Assembly (NCBI GenBank): GCA_030390025.1
Contig: CM059426.1
Location: forward strand, 194,618,001-194,682,000
DNA: 64,000 nucleotides
Source: Squalus acanthias
Taxonomy: Eukaryota
Direction: 5' to 3'
This document shows, in pieces, positions 50,795 through 64,000 of the stretch (within the stretch, counting starts at the first letter, position 1; every line of letters begins with the position of its first letter). The position numbers were made by a program, and so were the translations under genes. The notes beneath the pieces are model-generated. The model ran no database searches and was not told the origin of the DNA. It saw only the letters and a list, made by a program, of their open reading frames with translations.

Positions 50795-50811
50795 ATGGGC
50801 GAGGACATTGA
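50716..50811 (+). promoter_or_regulatory. Overlapping out-of-frame uORF (31 aa, [31 protein letters not shown])
   Basis: AGTATGG strong Kozak context at 50716; second in-frame ATG at 50773; stop TGA at 50809-50811, downstream of the main ATG. Confidence 0.6.
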
Positions 50812-50864
50812 TACCCGCAAAATCAACAACAGCTTTCTCCGAGACCATAACTATGTGACAGAAG
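50795..50864 (+). CDS. PPP2R2B/PPP2R2C: First coding exon of serine/threonine-protein phosphatase 2A 55 kDa regulatory subunit B (beta or gamma isoform)
   Basis: [23 protein letters not shown] plus G, then a phase-1 donor AG|GTATTG; 20/23 identical to each of my recalled human N-termini, B55beta ([23 protein letters not shown]) and B55gamma (MGEDTDTRKINHSFLRDHSYVTE). Confidence 0.93.
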
Positions 50865-52457
50865 GTATTGGTTTTTTCTCTCAAAAAAAAAATTCCTTCC
50901 CATAACTTCAGTTCGTAATTTAAAATGCATTTAAGTGCTTGCTGAAATCGTACAGAATTGCAGCAGAATCAGTGAAGTCATGTCTCGAATACCTTAGCAG
51001 GTCAGGAATGAAATAGTGAGTCAGCGGTTTTTCTTCCAAGTGCCTTCACAAGTGTGAAGGTTTACAGATGCACCGTGCTATGTAACAAAAACTGATCTTT
51101 GAAATAAACAGTGATGAGAAGGAACATTGGCTTACTCCTGTTTCAGTTAAAGATTTTCATTAAAAAAATACATATATTTAAAAAAAACATTAAAAATGTT
51201 GCCTCATCCTGTAAAAATCTACCAGCAGGACCTATTTCTCTAAACTGCAAATTTGAAAATTGAGATTTTTTTCTTAATCATGAAATCTGCAAATGTTTAA
51301 ATGCAGGTGTTTTGGCCCACACGAAGGATCCTTCTTCACTTTCACATTTTAATTGTACCACTATTCCTTTTGGCCTGGTTCCTCACTCGGGGAGTGGACT
51401 GGCTCAAGAGCAGAAGGTGACAACTGTTTGTAGAGATTTTGAAGACTGCAGTATTTTGGTGTGTGACATTTTTGTTTCGTGGTGCTTGGGGCACGTGCCA
51501 CAAAATGACATGAAATGTTGAAACATCAAATTGTTGCCTTGCAAAAGTGCCTCAGTGGGGGGGTGGGGGGCTGGTTCCTGGTCAAAAAGGTGTTTTTCTG
51601 ATTCATTGAAAATCCATTGCAAGCATGTCATGCATCCTCATCTCGCGTTGAAATGACCCAAAAGGCAGCATGGCGTGTGGCGGTACCGTATATTGATACT
51701 CGCTTGTTTCATTGAATAGTGGACATGGTTTCACACGTGGAGAGTTTCTAATCTCGCTTGTGCCATTATGGAGAGATGAAACGTGCAGGTCAGATGCTTC
51801 TTCATGAGGAGGAGGAGAGGGGGAGGTTGAAGCCCCCGGTTGCTCATGGCCAGCCGGAGAGCAGAATGGGTAGAAACTTGGAGAGAAATCACCTGCTCGT
51901 GCTCTTTTAGACAGGAAACTGTGTGTGGCGTGCAGGAAATGTAAAGGAAGGGGAGAAAGGTCATTTAATGAGGCGAGCAGCAGGGGCCCTTTTCCTCACC
52001 ATCAAAAAGGCATTTAAAAAATCTAGAATTGGCAGCGAAGGGCACAGTCCAATCGCAAGTTTTGTAGAAATGGAACCTTCATTAATTTGGATCCACGATT
52101 TCTGGAAGCTAACAGTTAGTGTACAGACTATTTTTGTGTTCAATTAATTATTATTGATATCCCCATTACTTTGCTCTTTTTAAAGGAGGACTGAGTTTCT
52201 GTATTTGTGTGCTCAGAAATAGAATCCTTTGCTCCGTGTTCTTTGTGTGCCACTGCATTGCAGCGGGAGGGGGGGAAAAACACTTAAATGCTGCTTTATA
52301 CTATGTAGGTGGACACATCATGGCTAGGTATCCCAGCAGAAGTGGCCCCAGGTTATAACATTATCCAGAGGAATGGGCTCAAATTATACAGTTGTAATCC
52401 AAATGTCTGAACAATACATCGGATCTGGGATTGTTTTTATTGGGGAAACTAGTTTAG

Positions 52458-52815
52458 AACAACAAAACGTGCCTTTTAATAGTGCCTTTAACACAGAAAA
52501 ATTCCCCAAGGAAGCATGCTTTAAAAAAAAAAAAATAGGATGCTGAGCCAAAGCAGGAGATATTAGGAGGGTTGACCAAAAGCTTGGCCAATGAGATGGG
52601 GTTTAAGAAGGGTCATAAAGGAGGAGAGAGAGGCAAAGAAGTGGAAGGGTTTAGGGAAGGAATTCCAGAGCATGGGGTATAGGCGGCTGAAGGCAAGGCC
52701 ACCAGTTGTGGGGTGAAGTGAGGGGAGGATGTACACCAGGCCTGTGTCAGAGAAACAGAGAATTTGAGGGGGTGGGGAGGAGGGCGGGCAGGGTGCAGGG
52801 CTGGAGAAGATTTAC
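52458..52815 (-). mobile_element. L2 LINE 3' end
   Basis: Reverse-complement similarity to 24600-24945. Confidence 0.7.
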
Positions 52816-55555
52816 AATTAAATCAGCCTAGCATGGACAGTTTTGACACCTAGTTAGTGAAGTGGTGCAGTATCGACATCAATTTTCCCGCTAACACATT
52901 AACGTGGGGCAAATAATTCTGTTTGTGAATAAACTACAGATTTTTAAAAAATAAAGATTTTTAAATTTGACAAATACTTCACTTGGAAACCCTTTTGAGA
53001 TCGTCGAGAAAACCCACCAGCTTTGCTAATAAATAACAGCAACATAAGTCCTTTGGTAGTGTTGTGCCTAATGAAGTGTTCAAGAAGTACTGTGTGATAT
53101 TGTCTTTTGTGGTAATAAAGATAGAACACGGATGTAAATTTGACAAGCACGTTGGGTGTGTGGCTTTATCAGTAGTAAGTGAATGTGAATTTTCAGGTTC
53201 TGTTAAAGCCTGTCACTACAGATAATATCAGTTTTACAGCCAGTACAGTGATAAAATCACCACCCAATGCTGATTGGTATTGGATTTATTTGTATTTTTC
53301 CCATCGCCTATGTATGTGAAACATTTATGTTCTGGCTGCTTCAATTGTGATGCTCTTGTACCTATTTGCCACAGTGTATTTTTGAAAGCTATGTTCTGCT
53401 TTTTTTTTTCCTTCAGTGGCTGGTAAAGCATTTATAAAGTGGCTGAAGTAATGTTCAGTATTCAATATCTGAAGTGGAAAGCTAGTCTCTTATTGCCCTT
53501 ACTGAAAGTGAGAATCCATCATTACTGCTTGTCTGTTATTACAGTAAATGATGCCATGTGTATCCTGTATATCAAATCATGCAATCCAAATAAACAAAGC
53601 ATTGTATTGAGAACAGTTGGAAATATTTTTCTGCTTTGCTGCCTGCTTCTTTGCTTGTATTTTAAAATGAAAAGCCAGCCATGCAGTTCTTGAGACAAGG
53701 CATGTTGGCCATTTTCAGTAATAACCCTCTGCAAATCGCAATATTGGGTAATGAACAGCACTGACTGCACTAATGGTATGTTTCCAATTCAATACCAGAG
53801 TTATTGGTTTCAAGATTCAGATAGGAGTAATCTCAAATTCCAGCCTGAGATGCTGTAAATGGAGTGTATTCATCTGATAAAAATGGATGTCTTGGGATTA
53901 GTCTCCATAATGAATTCCTGCAGTGTACAAACCATTGTAGACCATGTCACATTGTTGACCAGCTTTGCTGAATTATTAATTTGACGTCGACGTTGGATTT
54001 AACTCTCTCTAAAGACTCCAGCGTCTGTTGCTCTTTCTATACAAGTGACTATCTCAAAACACAACAGTTGGATGCAAAGCTGAAGAATCTCTCCTGCAAT
54101 TTTAGATATCAGTAAATTGTTGCATGTTGGTTTGTGTAAAGTCTTCATGTTGCACTCTATTACATTGAGTTTCTTTTAAATAGATGTGTCCTGTATTATA
54201 TCACTTGTAAATCACTCTATGGCTTTCTCAACTCTTATTTGTGCAGTTGCACAGTAAATTGCCTTTTTGCCACAGGCCATAGGCTAGTATGGGAGCCCAG
54301 CGAATGGGAGTATTCCCAGTCATTGTTGGTCCTGACTGCAAATAACGCATACTGATTGCAATGAGTGACAGAGATCTCTTCAGGACTTGGCTTTAATGTT
54401 TTTCATTTAAACATAAATTTGCCATTGGAATGAAATAAAGTAAAAAGGACAACTATCACAACTTAGTGTGAAATAGTATTTTTTTTATATGATTAAAGGA
54501 TCTTATGGGGAAATAACTTGATGCTGTAATCCAGTCCATGTTAATTCAAATTCCACAATGTGAGCTCCCAGATTTCTTAGTGGGCAAATACATTGGTGTG
54601 ACACTGAGCTCAATGCCTGGTCTGTGCTGTTAACTGATCTCCATCATTGCAGCAGTTGAAATACTCCAGTTGACTTAGTGTCCTTTGGCCAGGGAAGGAA
54701 AAAGTCAACCAGTGTTCTAGCACCTTGTTACTCTGGCTGGAAAGTATGCTTGAGGATAGAATTCAGTGTTGCTTTGATGGCCTCCCATGGTTGAAAAAGC
54801 TACCTACATTCCGGGGGGTGGGGGAACGATACTTTTTTTCTGAATATGATGACTGCTGATGGGTTCCAGTTCTGTTGGCATTGGTTGCAGTCCTTTTGTA
54901 TCTTCCTGAAGTAGCTCTTCATATGCAAGCCTGGACAGTGATGGAGTCCCACAATCAAACAGCCCACCTATTCTTTCAACCCTGATCCAGTACTCAACAT
55001 GTCCACAATTCCAGCAAGGGATATTGGGTAGCCATCGGGAGTGTAATGTGGTTGCTGATTCATTTTATTTGCCTCTTGTTCTCCCCACTCACCCTGATAT
55101 GAGGCACACTGAGCATCTAAAACCATCCACTGAACCATGGGGGAGCCCAATTGGGCCCCCACTCCAGTTAACATAGAAACATTTGCCTATCTAGGTTTGA
55201 GGTCTGTTGCATTACATCTGTGAAATTTCTCTCAACTTTTAACTTAGCCATAGATTTATAGCACTCGTTCTTAATCTTACTGGTTTAATCCTTTTCATCA
55301 ATATGCAGTACAATTCACTGAGCACTTTCAGTACTATAGTCTTAAGGATTTTAATGATTTATTGAACAGTGAGCCTGGAAAGTAAACAACTTGTTCGTTC
55401 ATCAGTGGTTTTGTTTCTTGGCTGCTCTTCACTTTTCATGATGGTTTATTATCCAAGCTCTATGGCGGTCACTACACATCACTACTTATATGTCGAAGTG
55501 GCAGCAGAATTGACCATCGTAGGTCTTTGCTAACGATCCAGGTATGAAAAAGATG

Positions 55556-57453
55556 GAATATAAACCGAAAATTCTGGAAATAACTCCGCAGGCCAGGCAG
55601 CATCTATGGAGACAGAAACAGAGTTGACGTTCCAGGCTGGTGATCTTTCCTTTGAACTGAAAAATGTTACAGATGTAACGGGTTTTAAGCAAGCACAGAA
55701 GCTGGGGAGAGGGGAGGAAAGAACAAAAGGGGAAGGTTTTTGATGGGGTGGAAGGTGGGAGTGATTAAATGAACAGCAGAATCGTTACCAGCACCTGCTG
55801 TCTCAAAAAATGGGAGCACTTTACAACATGTTGAACTCTGTTGTGTCCAGAACGTTGTAAAGTGCCTAATCGAAAGATGAGATGCTGTTCTTTGAGCTTC
55901 ATTGGAAAGAAATGGAGATAGAGAAGTCGAGGAAGGGAAGGGAAGAGTCGGAGATGGACCATGTGAAGGCAAGGGAGGGGTAGAAATTTGAAGCAAAGTT
56001 GATGAAATATTCCAGTTCGGGGTGAGACCAGGAAGCGGCACCAATACAGTCATCAGTGTATCAGAAAAAGAGGTGAAGGAGGGGACCTGAGTAAGACTGG
56101 AACAACTAATGCTCCATGTATCCTATGAAAAGGCAGGCATAGCCAGGACCCATAAAGGTTCCCATAGCAACACCTTTTATTTGGAGGAAGTGAGAGGAGT
56201 CAAAGGAGAAGTTGTTCAATGTAAATACAATTTCAGCCAGGCGGAGGAGGGTGGTGGTGGATGGGGTCTGGTTGGGCCTCTGTTCAAGGAAGAAGTGGAG
56301 GGCCCTCACGCCATCCTGGTGGGAGTGGAGGTATAGAGAGACTGGATGTCTATAGTGAAAAGGAGACGGTTAGGGCCAGGAAACTAGAAACAGTTGAAGT
56401 CAGTCCTACTTGGGTCTCCTCCTTCACCTTTTTCTCCGGTACATTGATGACTATCAGTGCCGCTTTGTGCTTTCGCCCTGAACTGGAAATTTTCACCAGG
56501 TTTGCTTCAAATTTCCACCCCTCCCTCGCCTTCATATTGTCGATCTCTGACTTGACCCTTCCCTTCCTCAACTTATCTATCTCCATTTCTGGGGGATAGG
56601 CTGTCAACCAATATCTACTATAAGCCCACTGACTCCCACAGTTCCCTTGATTACCACCAAACACATTTTTTCCCCTCCCCTTTCAGCATTCCGAAGAGCT
56701 GTTCCCTCCGCAACACCTGCTCCCCTTCCCACCACACCTTCCCATGCAAATGCAGGAGATGAAATACCTGCCCTTTCACGTCCTCCATCCCATCGTCCAG
56801 GGCCCCAGACACTCCTTTCAGGTGAAACAGCGATTTACTTGTTGTACTTTCAGTTTAGTATATTGTATTCGCTGCTCACGATGCGGTCTATACTGGGGAG
56901 ACCAAACGCTGATTGCATTGCTGAACACCTCCGTTCAGTCTGCAAGTGTGACCCTGAGATTCTGGTCGCTTGCCATTTTAATTCTCCGTCCCACTCCCAC
57001 TCTGACCTCTCTATCCTCTGCCTCCTACACAGTACCAATGAAGCTCCACGGAAGCTCGAGAAACAGCACCTCATCTTTCTATTAGGCACTTTCCATCCTT
57101 ACGGACTCAACATTGAGTTCAACAATTTCAGATCATAACCTCTGCCCCCATTTTTTTGGACAGCAGGTGTTGGTATTGATTCTACTGCTCATTTAATCTC
57201 TCCTGCCTTCCACCCTATCGCAGACCTTCCCTTTTTGTTCTTTCCTCCCTTTTCCCCCCCCCCACCACTTTCCCTGCCCCTGCACTTTCTTAAAATCTGT
57301 TACATCTCTAACTTTTTCCAGTTCTGATGAAAGGTCATTGACCTGAAACGTTAACTCTGTTTCTCTCTCCACAGATGCTGCCTGGCCTGCTGAGTATTTC
57401 CAGCATTTTCTGTGTTTAGTTCAGATTTCCAGCATCCGCAGTATTTTGCTATT
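55556..57453. mobile_element. Penelope-like retroelement with inverted arrangement (minus ~55556-56400, plus ~56400-57453)
   Basis: RT motif NNFSFDSSHFLQIKGVAMGTFMGPGYACLF (minus); GIY-YIG-like FQVKQRFTCCTFSLVYCIRCSRCGLY (plus); pLTRs at both ends; 14-bp TSD GTATGAAAAAGATG (55542-55555 and 57454-57467). Confidence 0.9.
57320..57356 (+). ncRNA. Minimal hammerhead ribozyme motif in the Penelope pLTR
   Basis: AGUU-CUGAUGA-A-AGGUC-AUU-GACCU-GAAA-C/GUU-AACU. Confidence 0.7.
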
Positions 57454-59375
57454 GTATGAAAAAGATGCTTTAAGCCAAGGTGTCAAATACCCATATGTAT
57501 CACCTCACTATATCATCATATTTATTAATCCTTCAGTAAAGTTAAGTGTGTCTGGATTGAGGTGATGAGGTATTGCCATTTGAAATGTCTGTATTTCAAG
57601 ATCAAATGGCAATATCTCTTCACCTCACACCTACATTCCTGCTTCAGTGAAACCCTACAGCTGAAAGAGCAGTGTTCCTTGCTTTTAAGGTTTAAAATTT
57701 TAGCCTTCGTACACCTATAGCTAATATTTCCAACTTTTCAGATCCAGCATTCTTTTAACAGTGGGCCCCCTGCATTGCTGATTTAAATGGGTTCACTCAC
57801 TGCAGTGATTGCTTGGCCTGTTACAAGCAGATGCCATAATTAATGTCCCTTTTAATGTAAGAATGTGCGCTTAAATTATATACCTTTTTAGGTATTGATG
57901 AGGGTCGTGAAATGTTTTGTTAAAGTTGATGTGCATGGTTTGTGCAGTTTGCGTGAAGACCACTATTTCTAGCAGACAAAGATTAAGCTGAAGTGTCACA
58001 GTCAATTTAAGACATTACACGGTACCTCAATGACAAGTCTTATCAGCAAGATGTAACGCACCAACATTAACTTCGACAGGAACCCTTCCTGTAGCTTGCT
58101 ACCAAACATGATGTTGTGCATGGATAAACCTGATGGCAATGTTGCTGCATACTGTTGACAGAACTACGTGAGTATTATGACACAGGCATAAGGTTTTTGT
58201 AACATTGCTGGCATGCTCCCAGTTTATAAAGGGGATGTTTTAGACAGTTGCCATATTTTGCCTGTGTGATATGCGTCCTAACAGTCCATATAGCCATTCG
58301 CCAAATGATAAATGGAAGTTAAACAAATGCCTATAGTACGACTGACTTAATCACTTCAATTATTTTATATTTGATAAGATCCCTCTTCCTAACTCACTCA
58401 TACCTGTAGTGTTTGTGAGTGGTGGACTGAGACGCGACTGGAAACAATGTGGGCATGCACCATCACCTTTGGATTACTCCATATCCACTTTATTCTCTAT
58501 GTAGTTAATTAAGCTGACTGCTGTTCACTTGGCTTCCTTACTGACTGATGTGTTTCAAGCACGGGAATACTTGCTCTGCTGTATATGTGTTTCCTCTAGA
58601 GGCAGCTTTTACTCTGCGTTTCTTAACCATTGCTATGTTTGAAAGTAATTTGTTACGGGCTGCAGGTGAATGAGTCACTTTTTAATTTCTTTGAAGTTGC
58701 TTTAAAAAGAAACTTAACAAGCAGAGACATATAATAAATGTGTTTGATATGGCACTGACTGTTGGCAGGTAGTGGTGGGATTACCACCGATGACGTATTG
58801 TTGCTGCTGCACAATTTAATTGTCCCCTTGTGGCGTTACCAAGTAAAATGAAATAATGTAAATGTTTGTCCGCCTAACTGTATGTGTTGTATATTTATTG
58901 TTGGCTGATGCCTGTGTAGACCATCCCAAGCAGTAAAAGGTTCCCGTCCCACTCCGCTTTTATTTCCATTGAAACACTTGTTGAGGATCAGGCTCTGATA
59001 TTTGAAGAGATGACACCCAGTGCAGTACAGAAAGCCAATATATTCATGTCGGAGTGTCCAAATTCTCTCTGTTCATGGGCACTCAGTTGCTTTATCGTGG
59101 AGCTCATGGGCCACCTACAAAACATACATCAGGATTTCTTACTTTTTTTTGTCATATCCCTTTAATGCTTTGCACTTTTTCACCCCCTCTATCCTTGCCC
59201 CCCTCTCCCCCCAGTTAAAGTAGCATTCTTATCTCCCCCTACCCCACCCCACCATCCTTCAATTTAATTCTGGTAATCTCTTGCCATTGGCACAGCTCCT
59301 CTCTCCTTTCCCTCAGTGCTGCTGCCTGTTACTACGTCCTGCTACTGCATGCTGTGGATTGGAATTTCTGATGTA

Positions 59376-59800
59376 CAGGAAACTTTCGTTTATCCGGCAT
59401 CGACGGGACCGGCGTGGTGCCGGTTTATCAAAAGTACCGGATAACAGAGAGTTATATCTACCGAGGCTATTTTTAACAAAGAGACTCCAAGCAGCACGGG
59501 AGAATCTACTCATGCTACTGCAATGTTTCGGACTTGCGACAGCGCCAGGAGGCCGAGTAGTGGCACTTTTGAAAAGTACCCCTACTGACTAAATCGGCGT
59601 TCGCGGACTCAGACTCGGACTCGGGATCGGCAACATTGCCGGTTATTTGAGAGGATTTTTCGGAGCACTCGGCGTTCGCGGAGACTCGACTGCGACTCGG
59701 CAACATTGCCGGTTATTTGAGAGGAGTTTTCGGAAGATGATTTTTGCCGGTTAAGCGAGAATTCCGGATATTTGGGTGCCGGATAAACGAAAGTTTCCTG
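59376..59800. mobile_element. Tc1/mariner-pogo MITE, 425 bp, young
   Basis: Perfect 24-bp TIR CAGGAAACTTTCGTTTATCCGGCA; TA TSD; CpG-rich; internal ~75-bp tandem duplication at 59594-59735. Confidence 0.92.
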
Positions 59801-60779
59801 TATCGAGAATCTCCATCCAGCGTGCAGAGATGTCCAATCACCTGCAACAGCAGCTCCAGGAGCTCAGACTGGCAACAGTGCTGAGGGGTGAGAAGTTTCA
59901 CTGTGGGAGGAAGAAGGAACCAGCATGAGTGTCGTAATATGGACAGTTTTGTGCAGAGTGTTCTTGCCTGTTAAAGGTTGGGTTAAAACTGTTTAAATTC
60001 ATTACCTGTAGGATCTTTATAGCTAGCATAGAGTGGAGACTTACATGCCATCAATCTGAGCTGTTTTTGAACGCAATTGAAAGAACAGCGCAATTGAAAG
60101 AACAGCGTGCTAACTCGCGACACTATGCCATGTCCCCCAGATTGTGGTACTTATTGAAAGCTGCACTGCAAAATGGCCAAATTCTTACGGTACCGACCCT
60201 TTTCAATGCTGTAAAGGTGAACATCTTAATCCAGGTGGTAGAGAGCTTACAGCTGGTAGTTCTGACAGTACACCTGTCACTGCCTTTCACCTCTGGAACC
60301 TGGAGCTGCTCACACGACTGAGATGGATTTGGCCACTGACCAAAATTAGTATTGATGCAGTTCCTATTGTTCTCTCAAATTTGGCAGAAGATGGCCACAA
60401 AGATAGCAATCGCACTTATCTTGCATAACCACACTTATGGCTATTTAAGGGCTCATAGGGTTGGGGGTAATATATTAGCATGGATAGAAAATAGAGTAGG
60501 GTTAAAAAAAAGGAACTATTATGCTAATGAGGTTGGGGCCCATTGCTAAGTGTAACTGGAGCTCTGCTCAGTTTCTAATTTCCACTGTACTCAACTTGGA
60601 AACTGGATGCAAGAAATGAAAAATTCCCTTGTAATAACATTACTCACCTGAACTTTTTCACAGCTACTTTTCACAGATGCTCTGCAGGCAGTCTATTTAG
60701 AATGGACCGCATTGGATGATGCCAATTCTTAACCCTCCTCCCCACCCAACTGTCAAGATTTGAAAAAAGCACTCGTCCA

Positions 60780-61300
60780 ACTACAACAACAGCAACTTGC
60801 ATTTATATATATCTTTTTAATTAGTTCACGGGATGGGGGCGTCGCTGGCAAGGCCAGGCATTTATTGCCCATCCCTATTTGCCCTTGAGAAGGTGGTGGT
60901 GAGCCGCCTTCCTTGAATACAACTGCGTGACTTGCTCGACCATTTCAGAGGACAGTTAAGAGTCAACCTACATTGCTGTGGGTCTGGAGTCACATATAGG
61001 CCAGACCGGGGGAAGGACGGCAGATTTCCTTCAGGCATTAGTTTACGACAATCATGGTTTTTTTCATGGTTTTTATTGCAGATTTTTAAATTTAATTATA
61101 ACACCTTTAACATAGCAAAACGTCCCAAGGCACTTCACAGGAGCGATTATCAAACAAAATTTGACACGGAACCATATAAGGAGATATTAGGATGGATGAC
61201 CAAAAAGCTTGGACAAAGAGGTAGGTTTTAAGGAGAGTCTTAAAGGAGGAGGGAGAGGTTTAGAGGTTTAGAGGGGGAATTCCAGAGCTTAGGACCTATA
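60780..61300 (-). mobile_element. L2 3' end with a nested SINE fragment (~60815-61095)
   Basis: CAACAACAGCAACTTGCATTTATAT L2 tail; SINE tail CACGGGATGGGGGCGTCGCTGGCAAGGCC; L2 resumes at ~61100. Confidence 0.65.
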
Positions 61301-61784
61301 CATCTGAACTACGGTAGGTGTAAAGTACCAGGATGAATAGCTCTGGGATTTGGATCCTTGAAGGATGTTCAATACTTGAGTTAATCCTTTTTCTTAAATT
61401 ATCTACCTCTTGAGACCACCTCACAGCTTGCATTATTTCACAGCTCAGATGACCAATCAACCGCCTACTTGTACTGCTCTGCTCTTAGTCCAGGATGGGT
61501 TTCCAACTTGCCTCATTTTATCGCTCCGTTTTATTCTATCGAGAAGTATCTAGCCTCTGTTCAGTGCCTTGCTTGACCAGAACTGTTATTATGAATCATT
61601 ATTAAAATAGTATAGGCACGTGCTGTCAAATTCATACTATAGCTTAGTCTGAAGTGCATTAATTTTGATTCCATCTTCCCAAATGCATTAAACTTCATGA
61701 AAACAATATTTGAGGCTGTTTGCAGCAGAAAAGATTCTGGATTTCAAATTCTTTGATTTTGCACTTTGTTTATGGAGAATTAGC

Positions 61785-62090
61785 TTACATCGAATCTACA
61801 GCACAACTGGTCCCTGCCGGCGTTTATGCTCCACTCAAACCTCCTCCCATCCCTCTTCATCTAACCCTATCAGTATACCCTCTTACTCCGTTCTCCCTTG
61901 TGTGCTTATCTAGCTTCCCCTTTAACTCATCTATGCCATTTGCATCAACTTACTCCTTTGTGGTAGCGAGTTCCACATTCTTAGCATTATTTGGGTAAAG
62001 CAGTTTCTCCTGAATTCCCTATTCGATTTATCAGTGACTATCTTTATATTTATGGCCTCTAGTTTTGGTCTTGCCCACAAGTGGAAACAT
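61785..62090 (-). mobile_element. CR1 3' end
   Basis: CATCGAATCTACAGCAC tail; TTATCTAGCTTCCCCTTTAA..GAGTTCCACATTC reads as WNSL..FKGKLD on the minus strand. Confidence 0.65.
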
Positions 62091-64000
62091 TTTGTGTGTT
62101 TTTTTTACTAAGAGTAATATGTGGCATTCTTCGTATTGGTATTGTGAGTGGATTGATAAAAATGTAATGCCAAGTTCATGGCAACATTTTGTGTGCTGCC
62201 AATTTTGTCATAGTCGGTGATTCTTTGAATAATGGATTATTATTTGAGGGCTGGCATAGCTGCATAAACTTCAAAGTTGCAAATCAGCAATATGCTTTGT
62301 GCTTTTTGTGGTTGTGATGCACAACATGCAGGCTGGATATGCAGCATGGTTGATTTGATTGGACTCTCAAATGCATAGGCTGTTTTTATATTGAATTTAG
62401 CATCTGCACGCATTGCTTTAAAAATAAACACAAATAGTGGTGGAGAAATAGTATTCCTTTTATCAGAACAACTATAATATCTGGTGCAGAGGTTAAACTA
62501 GTATAAAAGTCGCAACCTTTTGTGACAAGCGGCAAACACATTGGTGCTCAAGATTCATGGCCCGTCTTTCAGGTTATAGCAACTGCTGGACCTTAGGATG
62601 CAATTTTTCCCAATGGATCAATTTATTTTTCTCCTCTTGTATGAACGTTCAATTGAAGCTGTATAAATTAGTAACACAGTCTATATAATACAATCCCTAT
62701 AAAACACTGTGCGTCCCTTGTAATTGTGCAACCAACACTCTGGTTTTTATACATTTGTTCCTGGTGTAGACGTGAGCTTTTCTGACATAAAACAGGTGAA
62801 AGGTGAACTTGCCTGAAACGTTTGGCTACAACACCATGAGTAAGAGCATAACGTCTATACTGAACTGCTCCGTAACACTGAAGGACCGAACATTATTGAC
62901 GATTGAGGACCTTTATTTCTCCAGTTTCATTACCCAATTTTAATGCAGGTTTGTGGAGACCGCTGCCTTGTTCTTTGGTCAGGTTTGTGCCAGCGTAAAG
63001 GTTCAAAAGTGGCTGCCAATATTTCTGCAGGTATTCTCTGGTTACATCTTACCTCACCGATTTAGGTACATTACTTCCGTAACAGTAAATGTAGATGTGG
63101 CCTTTTTTCTGTTTATTGATCCACATACACGCTCACACAACCTTGAAAACTAGCTACAGCAATTGTTCCAATACACGAAAGAAATCTATGGATCTAGGAG
63201 CAATTTGAAGGGACACAGCAGTAAATTGACATTAAAAAAATAAATAAAAACACTAAATACTATCAATTCTATAAATCCATTTTATTTTCCTCCACTGCCA
63301 CCACATAGGTGCTGTAATCTTCCTTAGAGCTGTACCTTGGAACTTCACAATTTTACTGCATAGAGAATAAGTTAATCACCAAACAGTCCTCTGAAGTTTA
63401 TGTACAGCTGATGCTGTTGCATTGTAAGGGACGTGCAGGACTGGAAGTAGCTACAGTGCCGTCGAAGGATAGCGCACAGTAAGAGACCCTTCAGCCCATC
63501 GTGTCTGTGCTGGCTGTTTTGCTAGAGCAATCCAAAACTAATCCCACTACCCTGCTCTGTCCAATAGCCCTGTATCTTCCTCTGGTGCAAATGTTTATAT
63601 ATTTTGTAAAGAATAACCAGTCCGCGGTTGTATTTTGTATAATCGTAAGATGTCTAATTGGAAATTTGCTAAATCAAAAGCTTTCAAATTGCAGTGACAA
63701 GAAGTATCCAGTTATGTAATTATTTGGCATGTGTCTGTATTTCCAGTGCTGTAGCCTGGAGTGATAAACAATTGCTAGTTCTAATCGAGTACCCATTTTA
63801 ATAACCATTTGTTTATCTAGCCCAAATTATAAATAAGCAGAAGTGACAGCAGTTTTAGAATATTTACTGTGCAGGAATAAGATTGAATTGATGAAGAGGT
63901 AGAAATACAACAATTGAAGATGCTCATTTTAAAAAAAATATAGCGATGCTCAGTCATCTAAATATTAGTGTTTCTGAATTTCTGAAGATAGTTTGGACTC

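Larger units (their letters stand above)
50865..64000 (+). other. Intron 1 of the B55 gene (continues past the window)
   Basis: GT donor at 50865; no exon encoding [23 protein letters not shown] seen downstream. Confidence 0.75.

Noticed and set aside
59594-59735. CRISPR-like repeats
   Set aside because: Two-unit tandem duplication inside a TIR-bounded MITE in eukaryotic DNA, with no spacers or cas genes

Overview
Eukaryotic, repeat-dense genomic DNA. The transposon repertoire (CR1, L2, RTE, Penelope, DeuSINE, Harbinger, hAT and Tc1/pogo MITEs, solo LTRs) suggests a cartilaginous fish; this is inference. The only clear host coding sequence is a 70-nt first coding exon at 50795-50864 (+), [23 protein letters not shown], of a PP2A B55 beta/gamma regulatory subunit (PPP2R2B or PPP2R2C). 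It is overlapped by an out-of-frame upstream ORF, and exon 2 was not found in the window. Most other ORFs in the track are transposon remnants or noise. The most interesting signal is a set of Penelope-derived insertions carrying minimal hammerhead ribozyme motifs (CUGANGA-stem II-GAAA with a loopless palindromic stem III) and 12-15 bp target-site duplications. They include a near-perfect 215-bp palindrome with a hammerhead on each strand and a sense-oriented copy inside intron 1 of the gene. Repeat family names come from my recall of family features, not from a database search, and boundaries of old repeats are approximate.
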